This document shows positions 17,713 through 26,647 of a stretch of DNA of 64,000 nt, one piece after another. The stretch covers positions 22,128-86,127 of the forward strand of contig MFUZ01000002.1 in the NCBI GenBank assembly GCA_001785865.1. The letters are read 5' to 3'. Numbering within the stretch: position 1 is the stretch's first letter; each line of letters opens with the position of its first letter. Under the pieces are notes generated by a model. It did not search any database and was not told the origin of the DNA. It saw only the letters and a program-made list of their open reading frames with translations. The translations under genes and the position numbers were made by a program. This stretch comes from Candidatus Nomurabacteria bacterium RIFCSPLOWO2_01_FULL_41_18 (lineage in GTDB: Bacteria; Patescibacteriota; Minisyncoccia; Phycocordibacterales; UBA9973).

Positions 17713-18936
17713 ATGCAAAAAATGAAAGAACCGCACCCAAAACAAAGTTCCTGCTCGTATTGTGGGGATGCTCCTATCAACCACACCTTTTCTTTTTTCG
17801 AGAGCATATTTTCAATCACTCTCGACAACCAGGCGAAGAGATTCATAAAATATGTTCCCGCGGCAATCAAACATTTTGCCGATTCAGTCCCGGAATTTTT
17901 ATTCCGATCTCTGGTATTTTTTAAACTTGCGAAATTTTCAGACGGTATGGAAAAAGCCAACACATTTCGCTCCAAGATCATCTGGGAAGAAGCGAAGAGG
18001 AGGAGAATCAAAATGGAGCAAGTGATACTTTGGGGCAGACCTCTCGATCATTACCGCGCGATCCTGCCGATCGGTGGCAGACCCAAAAATTTTTATTTTG
18101 AAAGCATCCCTATTCCGCCGGAATTTTCAGAAATGAGCGACAATTGGGACGATAAAGCCACGTTGAAGGATGAATTTCAAAAATACGGGATTCCTGTTCC
18201 GGGCTATTGTGAGCTCTCTCCTTTTTCACTTCTGCGCTTTAATGATGCGGGTAAGATCGAAGATATATTTTCCAAACTGCAAAAACCCCTAATCGTCAAA
18301 CCGCGCGTGGGTTCCCACGGCCGTCATACTGTTACCAACATAAGCACCCTCCCGCAATTGAGAGAAGGCATTAATACTGGGAGACAAATATGCTCTTATC
18401 TCGTAATTGAGGAACACCTAGTAGGCAGTGTCTGCCGGGCGACTTTAGTCGGCGGAAGGCTTGCCGGATTCTACACGGGGTACGCCCCTACTTTGATCGG
18501 GGACGGCAAAAAAACAATCCGGGAGCTCATAAAAGAAAAAGATAAGGAACGTCCGAGCCGGGTCGAGCCCATTCGCATTTCGAAAGAATTACATGATCAC
18601 ATTTTTCGGTCCAGTTTTGTGATGGATGACATATTGCCCGCCCAAGCATCGTTGACGCTCACTCACAGGAACGGCAGACTCTTCGGCGGCAGGACAGAGG
18701 AGATGATTGACAGCCTCCATCCTAGCTTTGTTCCCATCTTGGAGAAAGCGGCAAAAGTTACTGGCTTACCGGTGGTAGGTTTTGATTGCATCATACCGAA
18801 TCCGAAATCCGATCAAGCCTCGCAGAAATGGGGGATCATCGAGTGCAATTCGCTTCCGTTCATTGATTTGCATTACTACGCTCTCGAAGGAAAGCCCCGG
18901 AACATAGCGGGCATGATCTGGGATTTGTGGAACTAG
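17713..18936 (+). CDS. ATP-grasp domain protein (cyanophycin-synthetase N-domain / RimK-like)
   Basis: 'LIVKPRVGSHGRHTV' and 'LPVVGFDCII...IIECNSLP' form an ATP-grasp pattern. The true start is possibly the internal Met near 17947. Confidence 0.55.
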   Translation: MQKMKEPHPKQSSCSYCGDAPINHTFSFFESIFSITLDNQAKRFIKYVPAAIKHFADSVPEFLFRSLVFFKLAKFSDGMEKANTFRSKIIWEEAKRRRIKMEQVILWGRPLDHYRAILPIGGRPKNFYFESIPIPPEFSEMSDNWDDKATLKDEFQKYGIPVPGYCELSPFSLLRFNDAGKIEDIFSKLQKPLIVKPRVGSHGRHTVTNISTLPQLREGINTGRQICSYLVIEEHLVGSVCRATLVGGRLAGFYTGYAPTLIGDGKKTIRELIKEKDKERPSRVEPIRISKELHDHIFRSSFVMDDILPAQASLTLTHRNGRLFGGRTEEMIDSLHPSFVPILEKAAKVTGLPVVGFDCIIPNPKSDQASQKWGIIECNSLPFIDLHYYALEGKPRNIAGMIWDLWN

Positions 18937-18960
18937 AAAAATTTATGCTAACTGGTTTTT

Positions 18961-19602
18961 CTATTTGGTTTCTGAGAAAAACCCCAACTCTCTCGCGAAT
19001 AAAAATTTACAAATTTGAAAGATACCATAAGTGATGAAAAAGGCGGATAGGACATCTATAGAGTAATGGATGTGGCCCAAGAGCACCACAATGGCAAAAA
19101 GGATGGAGAATCCGAGGAAGATGGATTTTAGGTTTTTTTCTTTCCAGAACATGAGTGCGAGAAGGAAGGGCAGGCCGGTGTGTCCGGAAAAGAAAAGGTC
19201 GTTGCCGGTAAAAATGCCGGTAAAAACGGGATGATTTAAAAAAGATGATTCGATGATTATGTGGGTGGGAAAAGCGCTGATGTGGGTCAGGATGACAAAA
19301 AGCGATCTGATCAAGGTGAAGAGCGCGATGCTTTTCATCATAAAGGGCAGCAGATTGGGCCTTTTAAGCCCAACAAAGATACCTACAAAAAGAAGCAAGA
19401 AAGAGCCGTATATGAAAATCCCTTCCACGTCATATGCTCGGATATTGCTCAAGATCAGGTCGGCCACCGGAGTGCTCGGCAGACTGTTTACATAACCGCT
19501 TACAAAAAACTGAGCGACGAGGCTGGTCACGAGCAAAATCAGGCCGCCGAAAAATGATATTAGGAAATTTTTGTTCGAAAAGTAAGTTTTATAAGATTGC
19601 AT
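18961..19602 (-). CDS. PAP2-superfamily membrane phosphatase/transferase
   Basis: A polytopic protein with a 'FFSGHTG' (PSGH-like) motif and a 'HYSIDVL' (SRx5Hx3D-like) motif. Confidence 0.5.
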   Translation of the reverse strand: MQSYKTYFSNKNFLISFFGGLILLVTSLVAQFFVSGYVNSLPSTPVADLILSNIRAYDVEGIFIYGSFLLLFVGIFVGLKRPNLLPFMMKSIALFTLIRSLFVILTHISAFPTHIIIESSFLNHPVFTGIFTGNDLFFSGHTGLPFLLALMFWKEKNLKSIFLGFSILFAIVVLLGHIHYSIDVLSAFFITYGIFQICKFLFARELGFFSETK

Positions 19603-19606
19603 ATGT

Positions 19607-20422
19607 CTATTGTAGCAGATTTTTATTTTTTTCTATAAAAGACTCTATGGCTTTGGACATTTCTTTTACGGCGTTGTGGTGAATATCGTGATCAAAATTT
19701 GGGATACTTACAAATTCAGAATTTTTCATTTTTTTAGAAAAAGCAAGAGCATTCTTTATGGGAACAAATGAATCTTTTTCGCCATGCATGATTAATGTCG
19801 GCACATTTATTTTTTCAAAAGAGTATTCCTGTCCAGGAATAAAAGATTGTCTTAGGGTAAAAAGGTGTGCACGCAGTCCAGTATTTCTCATGTCTGCAAA
19901 ATTTCGTTCAATACTCCAATCGGAATTTTTTATTTTACTGTAGTCAACGTGTCCACGAGGCCTTGGATTAAAAGGCAAGAAACTTATCATACTTGTTAAT
20001 ATTTTTAGAATCGGTCGACCTATTTTTAATATAAATGCATCGTCTTCATAATTTTCAACAGAGGTAAAGATAAGGGCAGTAACGGTTTCTCTATATTGTT
20101 TTATATACTCTCGTGCTATCAGTGTAGCGAAGGAGCTACTAAGTAGAATGAATTTTGAAATTTTAAGATATATTATCAGATCATGAAAATCTTGGACAAA
20201 TTTCTTCACCTCATAATCAGAGTAGTTAGGATATTTCTTTGACATTCCATGTCCACGTATATCGTATGTTACGATATTGTATTTTTCTTCGAATATTTTC
20301 TCGTAGGGAAGCCAGGCGGAAGAAGATCCGGAAACTCCGTGAACAAAAACTAGGGTCAACCTTTCCGGCTTGAATTCATTCGTCCTATAATAAATTCTAT
20401 CTTCAAAATAGTATTCTTTCAT
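19607..20422 (-). CDS. alpha/beta hydrolase
   Basis: 'LVFVHGVSGSSSAW', a nucleophile-elbow region, and 'HGEKDSFVP'. Confidence 0.7.
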   Translation of the reverse strand: MKEYYFEDRIYYRTNEFKPERLTLVFVHGVSGSSSAWLPYEKIFEEKYNIVTYDIRGHGMSKKYPNYSDYEVKKFVQDFHDLIIYLKISKFILLSSSFATLIAREYIKQYRETVTALIFTSVENYEDDAFILKIGRPILKILTSMISFLPFNPRPRGHVDYSKIKNSDWSIERNFADMRNTGLRAHLFTLRQSFIPGQEYSFEKINVPTLIMHGEKDSFVPIKNALAFSKKMKNSEFVSIPNFDHDIHHNAVKEMSKAIESFIEKNKNLLQ

Positions 20423-21603
20423 TATTTATTCAATGCTAAATAATAAACTTCTTCCAATAAACCGATGCTGGTCTCAATATCATAACGCTTGATGTTGGCA
20501 AAACTCGCCTCGCCGTGCTTTTTTCGGAGTTCCGGGTCACCTATCAGTTTAGACACTTGTCGCGCCAAGTCCTCATGGTCCTCCGACTTGAATAGAAATC
20601 CGTTACCGTCGACGAAGTATCGGGAAGCGCTCATTTCCGCATCCGAAATTACGATGGGCTTGCCACAAGCCATGGCCTCCAGGACCACCATCCCTTCGAG
20701 TTCTGCCAATGAGGGTAGAACGAAAATGTCGCTCGCATTGTAGGCTAGGATCTTGTCTTCTTCGTCTATTAGTCCCAAAAAAGTGACATGTTTGCGGACT
20801 CCGAGGCGATCTGTCAGTTTTTCTAGTTTAGGCCGGAGATGTCCGCCTCCTACTATCATCACGTGTGTGTTCGGGTGCTCTTTTATTATCTGAGGGATCG
20901 CTTTGATGAGCGTATCGATGGATTTCTCCGGATACAATCTGCCCACAAAAAGCAGTTTTATTTTATCTGCGGGGATGCCGTATCTCTCATAAAAATCTCC
21001 AATTTTCGCCGGTCCGAACTCTTTTAGATTGATACCGTTGCTGATCACTGCCGAAGGCTGGTTCGGGTCGCTTAATTTCGAGAGCAAACCACGCGCCATC
21101 TCTGTCGGGTAGATGAGCGATTCTGCTTTGCCATAAGTCCAGGCCAAATATTTATTCCAAATTTTGCCGAGCGCGGGCTGGATTATTTTTGGCATATCCA
21201 TGAACAGATTTTCCGGCTGGGAATGCGAATGCGCCACTATTTTTATGTTCAAGGCCTTGGCCGCTTTGATCGCGACTATAGAGCCGGACATAGGGAGGAG
21301 GATGTGAACCACGTCTATCTTTTCGTCGAGGAAAACTTTCTTCAGTTGTTGCACCGTCGGGAAAGCGAGATGCCATCCGCCCGACTTTGGCACTGGCAGG
21401 CTTCGGTATCGATAAGCTTTTACGTCGTCATGATAGCTATGATCTTTGTGTTCTTTAGACCTTGCTCCGATAAAGATGACATGGTGTCCGCGCTCCTTCA
21501 ATAATTTTCCGAAGCGCATCGTCGAAACCACGACCCCAGATTTATTTTCTCCGATCGGATCGCAGACCATCGCGATATTAAGTTTTTTATTTCGCGATTG
21601 CAT
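20422..21603 (-). CDS. glycosyltransferase family 4 (GT-B, RfaG-like)
   Basis: A GT-B fold and the C-terminal 'EGMVVLEAMACGKPIV' motif. Confidence 0.8.
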   Translation of the reverse strand: MQSRNKKLNIAMVCDPIGENKSGVVVSTMRFGKLLKERGHHVIFIGARSKEHKDHSYHDDVKAYRYRSLPVPKSGGWHLAFPTVQQLKKVFLDEKIDVVHILLPMSGSIVAIKAAKALNIKIVAHSHSQPENLFMDMPKIIQPALGKIWNKYLAWTYGKAESLIYPTEMARGLLSKLSDPNQPSAVISNGINLKEFGPAKIGDFYERYGIPADKIKLLFVGRLYPEKSIDTLIKAIPQIIKEHPNTHVMIVGGGHLRPKLEKLTDRLGVRKHVTFLGLIDEEDKILAYNASDIFVLPSLAELEGMVVLEAMACGKPIVISDAEMSASRYFVDGNGFLFKSEDHEDLARQVSKLIGDPELRKKHGEASFANIKRYDIETSIGLLEEVYYLALNK

Positions 21604-22163
21604 TACAAACTTATTTTCTGATTTTTCTTTTTTCTATAATACTGAAAAAGTATGAAGAGTATGATGAATATTCCGACGATGCTTGTCCCCGCAGTGTAAT
21701 AATCCATATATTTACCGATGAGCATGTATGACCCTCCGAAGAATATGCCGAGGAGGATCATGATGAAGGACTGCCCGAGCGAATACAGAGCGCATGTCTT
21801 GAAATATCTTTTATAGGGCACGTGGAGCGCTCCGGCGGCCATGAGTCCCGCCGTGCCTATGCCCCACATTATTTTAGAACCAGCGATAGCTTTCTTGTGA
21901 TTGTTCTCATATAAAATTTTTGCTTTTTCTATTTTTTCTTCACTTATTTTAAAATAACGCAACAAACCTTTCCCAGAATAGCCTATGAAATAATATATTG
22001 CGTCTCCGATGATGTCTCCGGCCACCATCACCGCGAAAACTAGCAGGGGATTGAAAACCCCAAGCGTCGTCAAAAATCCGCATATCACAGATACGATCGG
22101 GCCTTCGATAATGGCGAGTGGAACGACTATGAGGTATTTATATGTGAGCAAAAGTTCAACCAT
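21603..22163 (-). CDS. DedA/SNARE-associated (VTT domain) membrane protein
   Basis: 'YLIVVPLAIIEGPIVSVICGFL' plus polytopic hydrophobicity. Confidence 0.6.
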   Translation of the reverse strand: MVELLLTYKYLIVVPLAIIEGPIVSVICGFLTTLGVFNPLLVFAVMVAGDIIGDAIYYFIGYSGKGLLRYFKISEEKIEKAKILYENNHKKAIAGSKIMWGIGTAGLMAAGALHVPYKRYFKTCALYSLGQSFIMILLGIFFGGSYMLIGKYMDYYTAGTSIVGIFIILFILFQYYRKKKNQKISL

Positions 22164-22206
22164 ATAATATAAAGCATTATATGGTATTTTGGTGATTTAT
22201 AATCTA

Positions 22207-22235
22207 TTGACAGTTAAGTAAAAAAGGAGTATAAT
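22207..22235 (+). promoter_or_regulatory. consensus sigma-70 promoter TTGACA-17-TATAAT
   Basis: An exact -35 and -10 hexamer pair with a 17-nt spacer, about 70 nt upstream of the ORF at 22308 that has the RBS AGGAGAG. Confidence 0.5.
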
Positions 22236-22307
22236 ATATGGAAGTGAACAAATTGTCGGGAAGCGTCTAAAAACACTAGCCCAAAACAAAATAAAAAGGA
22301 GAGAACC

Positions 22308-22742
22308 ATGACAAAAACCAAAAGACTCGTAGGACTCAGGTGTGTTAAGGTCGTTCAGCTTAAGGCGACCAATGGAAAAGAAATGATCGCAACAGCAGGC
22401 AAAATCTTCCCTGGTGGTATTTTTGGCAAAGTCGAACCGGAAGGCAAGTCAATGCCGACTGAAATGACGCAGGTGGTTGTTTATAAGATTACCAAGAATA
22501 ATACCACAGAGCAATTCGTTGAACGGCTGGGAAGCCAAAAGCCTTGGCAGGATTCACAAATCTTGGCGTTTTGCCGCGATTATCCTTACTGGGTTCCCGG
22601 TACTTCTTTCTTGCTCGAAGCGGCAGATGGAACGCTTTTTGTCGTCAGCACTGGCATTGATGCGGTGGTCATCGGTCCCTTTGATCGAGTCAAGACCTAT
22701 CCTGCCGTGGTTGGACGTAATATTGCGGTTCTGAAACTTTAA
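22308..22742 (+). CDS. hypothetical protein
   Basis: 144 aa, with the strong promoter and RBS upstream, and no motif recognised. Confidence 0.45.
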   Translation: MTKTKRLVGLRCVKVVQLKATNGKEMIATAGKIFPGGIFGKVEPEGKSMPTEMTQVVVYKITKNNTTEQFVERLGSQKPWQDSQILAFCRDYPYWVPGTSFLLEAADGTLFVVSTGIDAVVIGPFDRVKTYPAVVGRNIAVLKL

Positions 22743-22902
22743 CAACTATATGATCTTGTTCTCCCTGAAAATATTAGGATCTGCAGTTTGTTTGGCACTC
22801 TTAGTGATAGTTTTAATTGACCTGCGCAAAAATTGGCGAGAGAGTCGTCAAGCAAAAAAAGAAAATGATCGGAATGTGTAATAAACTAATCAGCAAACAA
22901 TC

Positions 22903-22955
22903 AAACCCCGAAAGGAGTGGAAAATGAAAACCGCTCGTTCGGGGTTTTCATTTTG
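22903..22955. terminator. bidirectional rho-independent terminator-like hairpin (AAACCCCGAA...TTCGGGGTTT followed by T-run)
   Basis: A 9-10 bp GC-containing stem with flanking T/A runs, between convergent genes. Confidence 0.5.
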
Positions 22956-23016
22956 CCAATTTTACAGTTGCGTAATGGCAACGGCCGTTGCCATTACGCT
23001 ATTATGTTTTATGCTG

Positions 23017-23688
23017 CTAATGCGCTACGGTGAAGGCGATGATTTTGCGGGCGCCGGATTTCTTTAAAACTTTTCGGGCCTCGTTCAACGTTGCACCAGT
23101 GGTGGTGATGTCATCTATTAAAATTATGTTTCTATTTTTTAATAATTCTTTATTTTTATTTTCATCCTTTATCGCAAAAGAGCCGACAATGTTTTTCAAA
23201 CGTTGCGCCCGGTTTTCGATGCGAGCTTGGTGTTCTGTTTCTTTTGGTTTTATTAGAATATTATTTTCTAATTGCATATTTACGCTATCGCGCATATCAT
23301 TGATTTTCATCAATTCCCTGCAGATCAATTCCGCCTGGTTGTATCCGCGCTCCCGGTATCTTTTTGCTGAGAGGGGAATGGGGATTAAAATTGGGTTACG
23401 AAAGTTTTCCATGACCGACAGTTCCGACAATTCCTCCATTATATTTTCATAAAGAATTTCTGCGAAGACACGGGCGAGCTGTCTCTTGCCTTTGTACTTG
23501 AATATCCATAGAGCCTTCTTGATTGGCGGATGGCGATAGTCAAAGAGGGGGAAAATCCATTTTACGGTTTCTCTTTCTGCTGTTTTTGAGTTTGTGAGGC
23601 ACTCTATGCATAAGTCACCTCCGCCTCGTCCGCAGGAGATGCATTTGGCGGGGAAAATGATGTCTAATATAGTGTTTAAAAACAACAT
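23017..23688 (-). CDS. comFC: ComF family protein (ComFC; zinc-ribbon + phosphoribosyltransferase domain)
   Basis: N-terminal 'CISCGRGGGDLCIEC', and C-terminal PRTase 'IILIDDITTTGATLNEA'. Confidence 0.75.
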   Translation of the reverse strand: MLFLNTILDIIFPAKCISCGRGGGDLCIECLTNSKTAERETVKWIFPLFDYRHPPIKKALWIFKYKGKRQLARVFAEILYENIMEELSELSVMENFRNPILIPIPLSAKRYRERGYNQAELICRELMKINDMRDSVNMQLENNILIKPKETEHQARIENRAQRLKNIVGSFAIKDENKNKELLKNRNIILIDDITTTGATLNEARKVLKKSGARKIIAFTVAH

Positions 23689-23724
23689 AGTGTGCTATAA
23701 TATTAGCACAAAAGAAGATTCCCA

Positions 23725-24864
23725 ATGAACAACATAATGAACAAAATCATAGACAGTATCGGTAGCCTCGCGGGCGGCAAAGAGGACGGAGCTATCGGCA
23801 TTGATATCGGTTCTTCCGCTATCAAGGTAGTGGAAATAAAAAGAAAAGGGGGGAGGACGGTCTTGGAAACATATGGCGCGGTGTCGCTTGGGCCCTATGA
23901 CGGTTTGGATGTGGGCCGGGTAACCAACCTTTCGGTAGAAAAAATAGCTACCGCACTGAAAGAAGTTTTAAAACAGTCGGGAGTAACTGCCACTTCCGGA
24001 GCTTTCTCCATTCCCATACAATCCAGTCTGATCTTCAATATCGACCTGCCGACCACAGTGAAAGAAAGCGAGATGTCGACGATCATCCCGACCGAGGCTC
24101 GCAAGTACATCCCGGTGCCGATCACCGAAGTATCGCTCGATTATTTCCGTCTGCCACAAAAAGAATCCTCTTTCGAGGAGATGAATATGACGAATGAAAA
24201 TTCAGACATCCCGCAAAAGCCGGTAGACAAGACGAGCGTCCTCGTGGTCGCGACCCAAAACGATGCGATAGCAAAATATCGCTCCATTGTTTCGCAGTGT
24301 TCACTATCGGCTTCTTTTTTCGAGATCGAAATATTTTCCTCGATCAGGGCAAATTTTGAGCACGAGCTTTCCCCGGTTCTCCTGATGGACTTCGGCGCTT
24401 CCCGCACCAAGCTTTCCATCGTCGAATTTGGCACAATCAAAAATTATCACACTATCGACAGAGGAGGCGCGGACATCACGGACTCTATTGCGAAATCCTT
24501 AAGCATACCTTTCAGCGAGGCGGAAAAATTAAAAAAAGAATTCGGACTTTTCGGCAATCCGGTCGAAAAAACTTTGCCGGACATCATCAAGATCCATATT
24601 GATTACATCTTTGCCGAAACCAATAACGTGCTACTCGGATACGAAAAGAAATATAACAAGATCATAAGCAAAGTGATATTTACCGGGGGCGGGTCGCTCC
24701 TAAAGGGGCTCTCGGAAGTAGCGGCAAATAATTTTCGCGCCGAGATCGAGACTGGCCATCCTTTCAGCAAAGTGAATGCTCCGGAGTTTTTGAATAAAGT
24801 TCTTGAGACCATGGGCCCCGAATTCGCAGTGGCGCTCGGACTTGCGCTAAGAAAATTACAGTAA
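23725..24864 (+). CDS. pilM: type IV pilus assembly protein PilM
   Basis: Actin-like ATPase fold, 'GIDIGSSAIKVVEI', about 380 aa, at the start of the pilus operon. Confidence 0.8.
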   Translation: MNNIMNKIIDSIGSLAGGKEDGAIGIDIGSSAIKVVEIKRKGGRTVLETYGAVSLGPYDGLDVGRVTNLSVEKIATALKEVLKQSGVTATSGAFSIPIQSSLIFNIDLPTTVKESEMSTIIPTEARKYIPVPITEVSLDYFRLPQKESSFEEMNMTNENSDIPQKPVDKTSVLVVATQNDAIAKYRSIVSQCSLSASFFEIEIFSSIRANFEHELSPVLLMDFGASRTKLSIVEFGTIKNYHTIDRGGADITDSIAKSLSIPFSEAEKLKKEFGLFGNPVEKTLPDIIKIHIDYIFAETNNVLLGYEKKYNKIISKVIFTGGGSLLKGLSEVAANNFRAEIETGHPFSKVNAPEFLNKVLETMGPEFAVALGLALRKLQ

Positions 24865-24966
24865 ACGAGTAAAGTCCGACGCAAGGTCGGACTCCGACCG
24901 AAACGCCGGAGTTATACACATTTTACTTCTTTTATATTTGCTTTTGTAATATAATAGTAGAGTACA

Positions 24967-25608
24967 ATGGAACCGAATTTTCAAACATCATTTATACCCA
25001 AGAAACCAATAGTAGAGGAACATGCAGTTGCAGGCAGATCGATTGGTTTTTTTACTATCATTTCTATTTTTGTCCTGTTTACCGTGCTTCTCGCGACCGG
25101 AGGACTTTTTTTCTATAAAGGGATATTAAAAAAAACAATTGTTGAAAAAGAAAAGAGCCTGACTTTGGCCAAAGAGGATTTTGAACCCGCGAAAATACTT
25201 CAGCTTCAAACATTAGAAAAACGCCTGAATGCAGCGAATGAAATTCTAACTGGCCACATAGCTATCACGCCTGTTTTTCAGGCGCTTTCGGCCATTACCA
25301 TGAAAACCGTTCGATTTACCAAATTTACTTACGGTCTTGAGGATATAAAAGATTCGAAAGTAAATATCAAAATGGCGGGCGTGGCTGTCGGCTATCGCTC
25401 GATCGCGCTCCAGTCCGATCTTTTCACTACTAGAGACGAAGGCAAGAATTTCATCGATCCTGTTTTTTCCAATCTTGCGCTTGATGATAAGGGCAACGTT
25501 CTTTTTGACCTCGAGTTTTCAGTTAATCCCGCTTTTGTAGATTACAAGACTACACTAAATACTGATATAGATACAGAAGAGGAGGGGGGAGAGGAAGATG
25601 CAAGCTAA
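24967..25608 (+). CDS. PilN-like pilus assembly protein
   Basis: Single N-terminal TM helix plus coiled region, positioned after pilM. Confidence 0.5.
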   Translation: MEPNFQTSFIPKKPIVEEHAVAGRSIGFFTIISIFVLFTVLLATGGLFFYKGILKKTIVEKEKSLTLAKEDFEPAKILQLQTLEKRLNAANEILTGHIAITPVFQALSAITMKTVRFTKFTYGLEDIKDSKVNIKMAGVAVGYRSIALQSDLFTTRDEGKNFIDPVFSNLALDDKGNVLFDLEFSVNPAFVDYKTTLNTDIDTEEEGGEEDAS

Positions 25609-26272
25609 TTTTAATTTTATGAGATTTATTACCCCAATCATTTTAATAGGAATCAGCGTTGCGGTCTTTTTAATTTTTGCCAAGCCTTTTTATGATTCCA
25701 CTGACCCTCTTTCCCCTGGAATTATTGTATTAAAAGAGCAAATAACGTCCTATGATAAAGCTCTTGATAATAATAAAGCGTTTGAAAATATAAAAGATAA
25801 GCTGACTGAAACATATAATTCCATCAATCAAGATAATTTAATAAAACTTCAGAAATTTCTGCCTTCCGGAGTTGATAATATCCGCCTCATCCTGGAAATA
25901 GAACAGATAGCTAAACCTTACGGCATGGTCTTGAAGGATGTGAAATATAATGTGACCAAAGAAGAAGAGTCTTCTACGACCGATAAGCCGAAAGCAACAA
26001 CAGGGCAAAGAGGAGCAGTTGCCACTACTCTCACCAATAAAGACTACGGAGTCTGGGATCTCGAGTTTTCTACGACTGGCACTTACAGCAACTTTCTGAA
26101 TTTCACCCGAGATCTGGAGAAGAATCTGCGCCTGGTGGATGTGTCCTCGATCCAATTCTCGTCTGATGTTGCTCTCTCTGCGAACGCTACCGGTTCCATT
26201 TTGCCTGAAACTTACAAATACAGCTTCAAAATCAAAACTTATTGGTTGAAGAATCAAGTAAGTCAAAAATAA
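25598..26272 (+). CDS. PilO-like pilus assembly protein
   Basis: Single N-terminal TM helix, position in the operon, and an overlap with the upstream gene. Confidence 0.45.
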   Translation: MQANFNFMRFITPIILIGISVAVFLIFAKPFYDSTDPLSPGIIVLKEQITSYDKALDNNKAFENIKDKLTETYNSINQDNLIKLQKFLPSGVDNIRLILEIEQIAKPYGMVLKDVKYNVTKEEESSTTDKPKATTGQRGAVATTLTNKDYGVWDLEFSTTGTYSNFLNFTRDLEKNLRLVDVSSIQFSSDVALSANATGSILPETYKYSFKIKTYWLKNQVSQK

Positions 26273-26273
26273 A

Positions 26274-26645
26274 ATGCCAAAAATGAAAAACATATTAATA
26301 TTTATAGCGATCGCGGCGATTTTCGTGGCTATCTATTTCTTCTATATCAGAAAGTCTTCAGATTCTGACAAGAATTTGGTTTCTGCTCCCGCGACTACCG
26401 CCCTTCCCGCAGCTGGATCGCCTGCTACTGGGGTTGCAGACTCAAAAATAGCTCAGGAATTCTTGAACTTGCTCCTTAGTGTTAAAAATATTAAATTAGA
26501 CGATTCTATTTTTTCGGACGAAGCTTTTGTGAGCCTGCATGATTCTAGCATCACGCTTACGCCGGACGGAAATGAAGGCAGGGTAAACCCATTTGCTCCG
26601 ATCGGCACCGACGCAGTAACAGCGGACAATCCGCCTTCAAATTAG
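26274..26645 (+). CDS. hypothetical small membrane-anchored protein (possible PilP analogue)
   Basis: N-terminal TM helix and a Pro/Ala-rich linker. Assigned by position only. Confidence 0.3.
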   Translation: MPKMKNILIFIAIAAIFVAIYFFYIRKSSDSDKNLVSAPATTALPAAGSPATGVADSKIAQEFLNLLLSVKNIKLDDSIFSDEAFVSLHDSSITLTPDGNEGRVNPFAPIGTDAVTADNPPSN

Positions 26646-26647
26646 CT

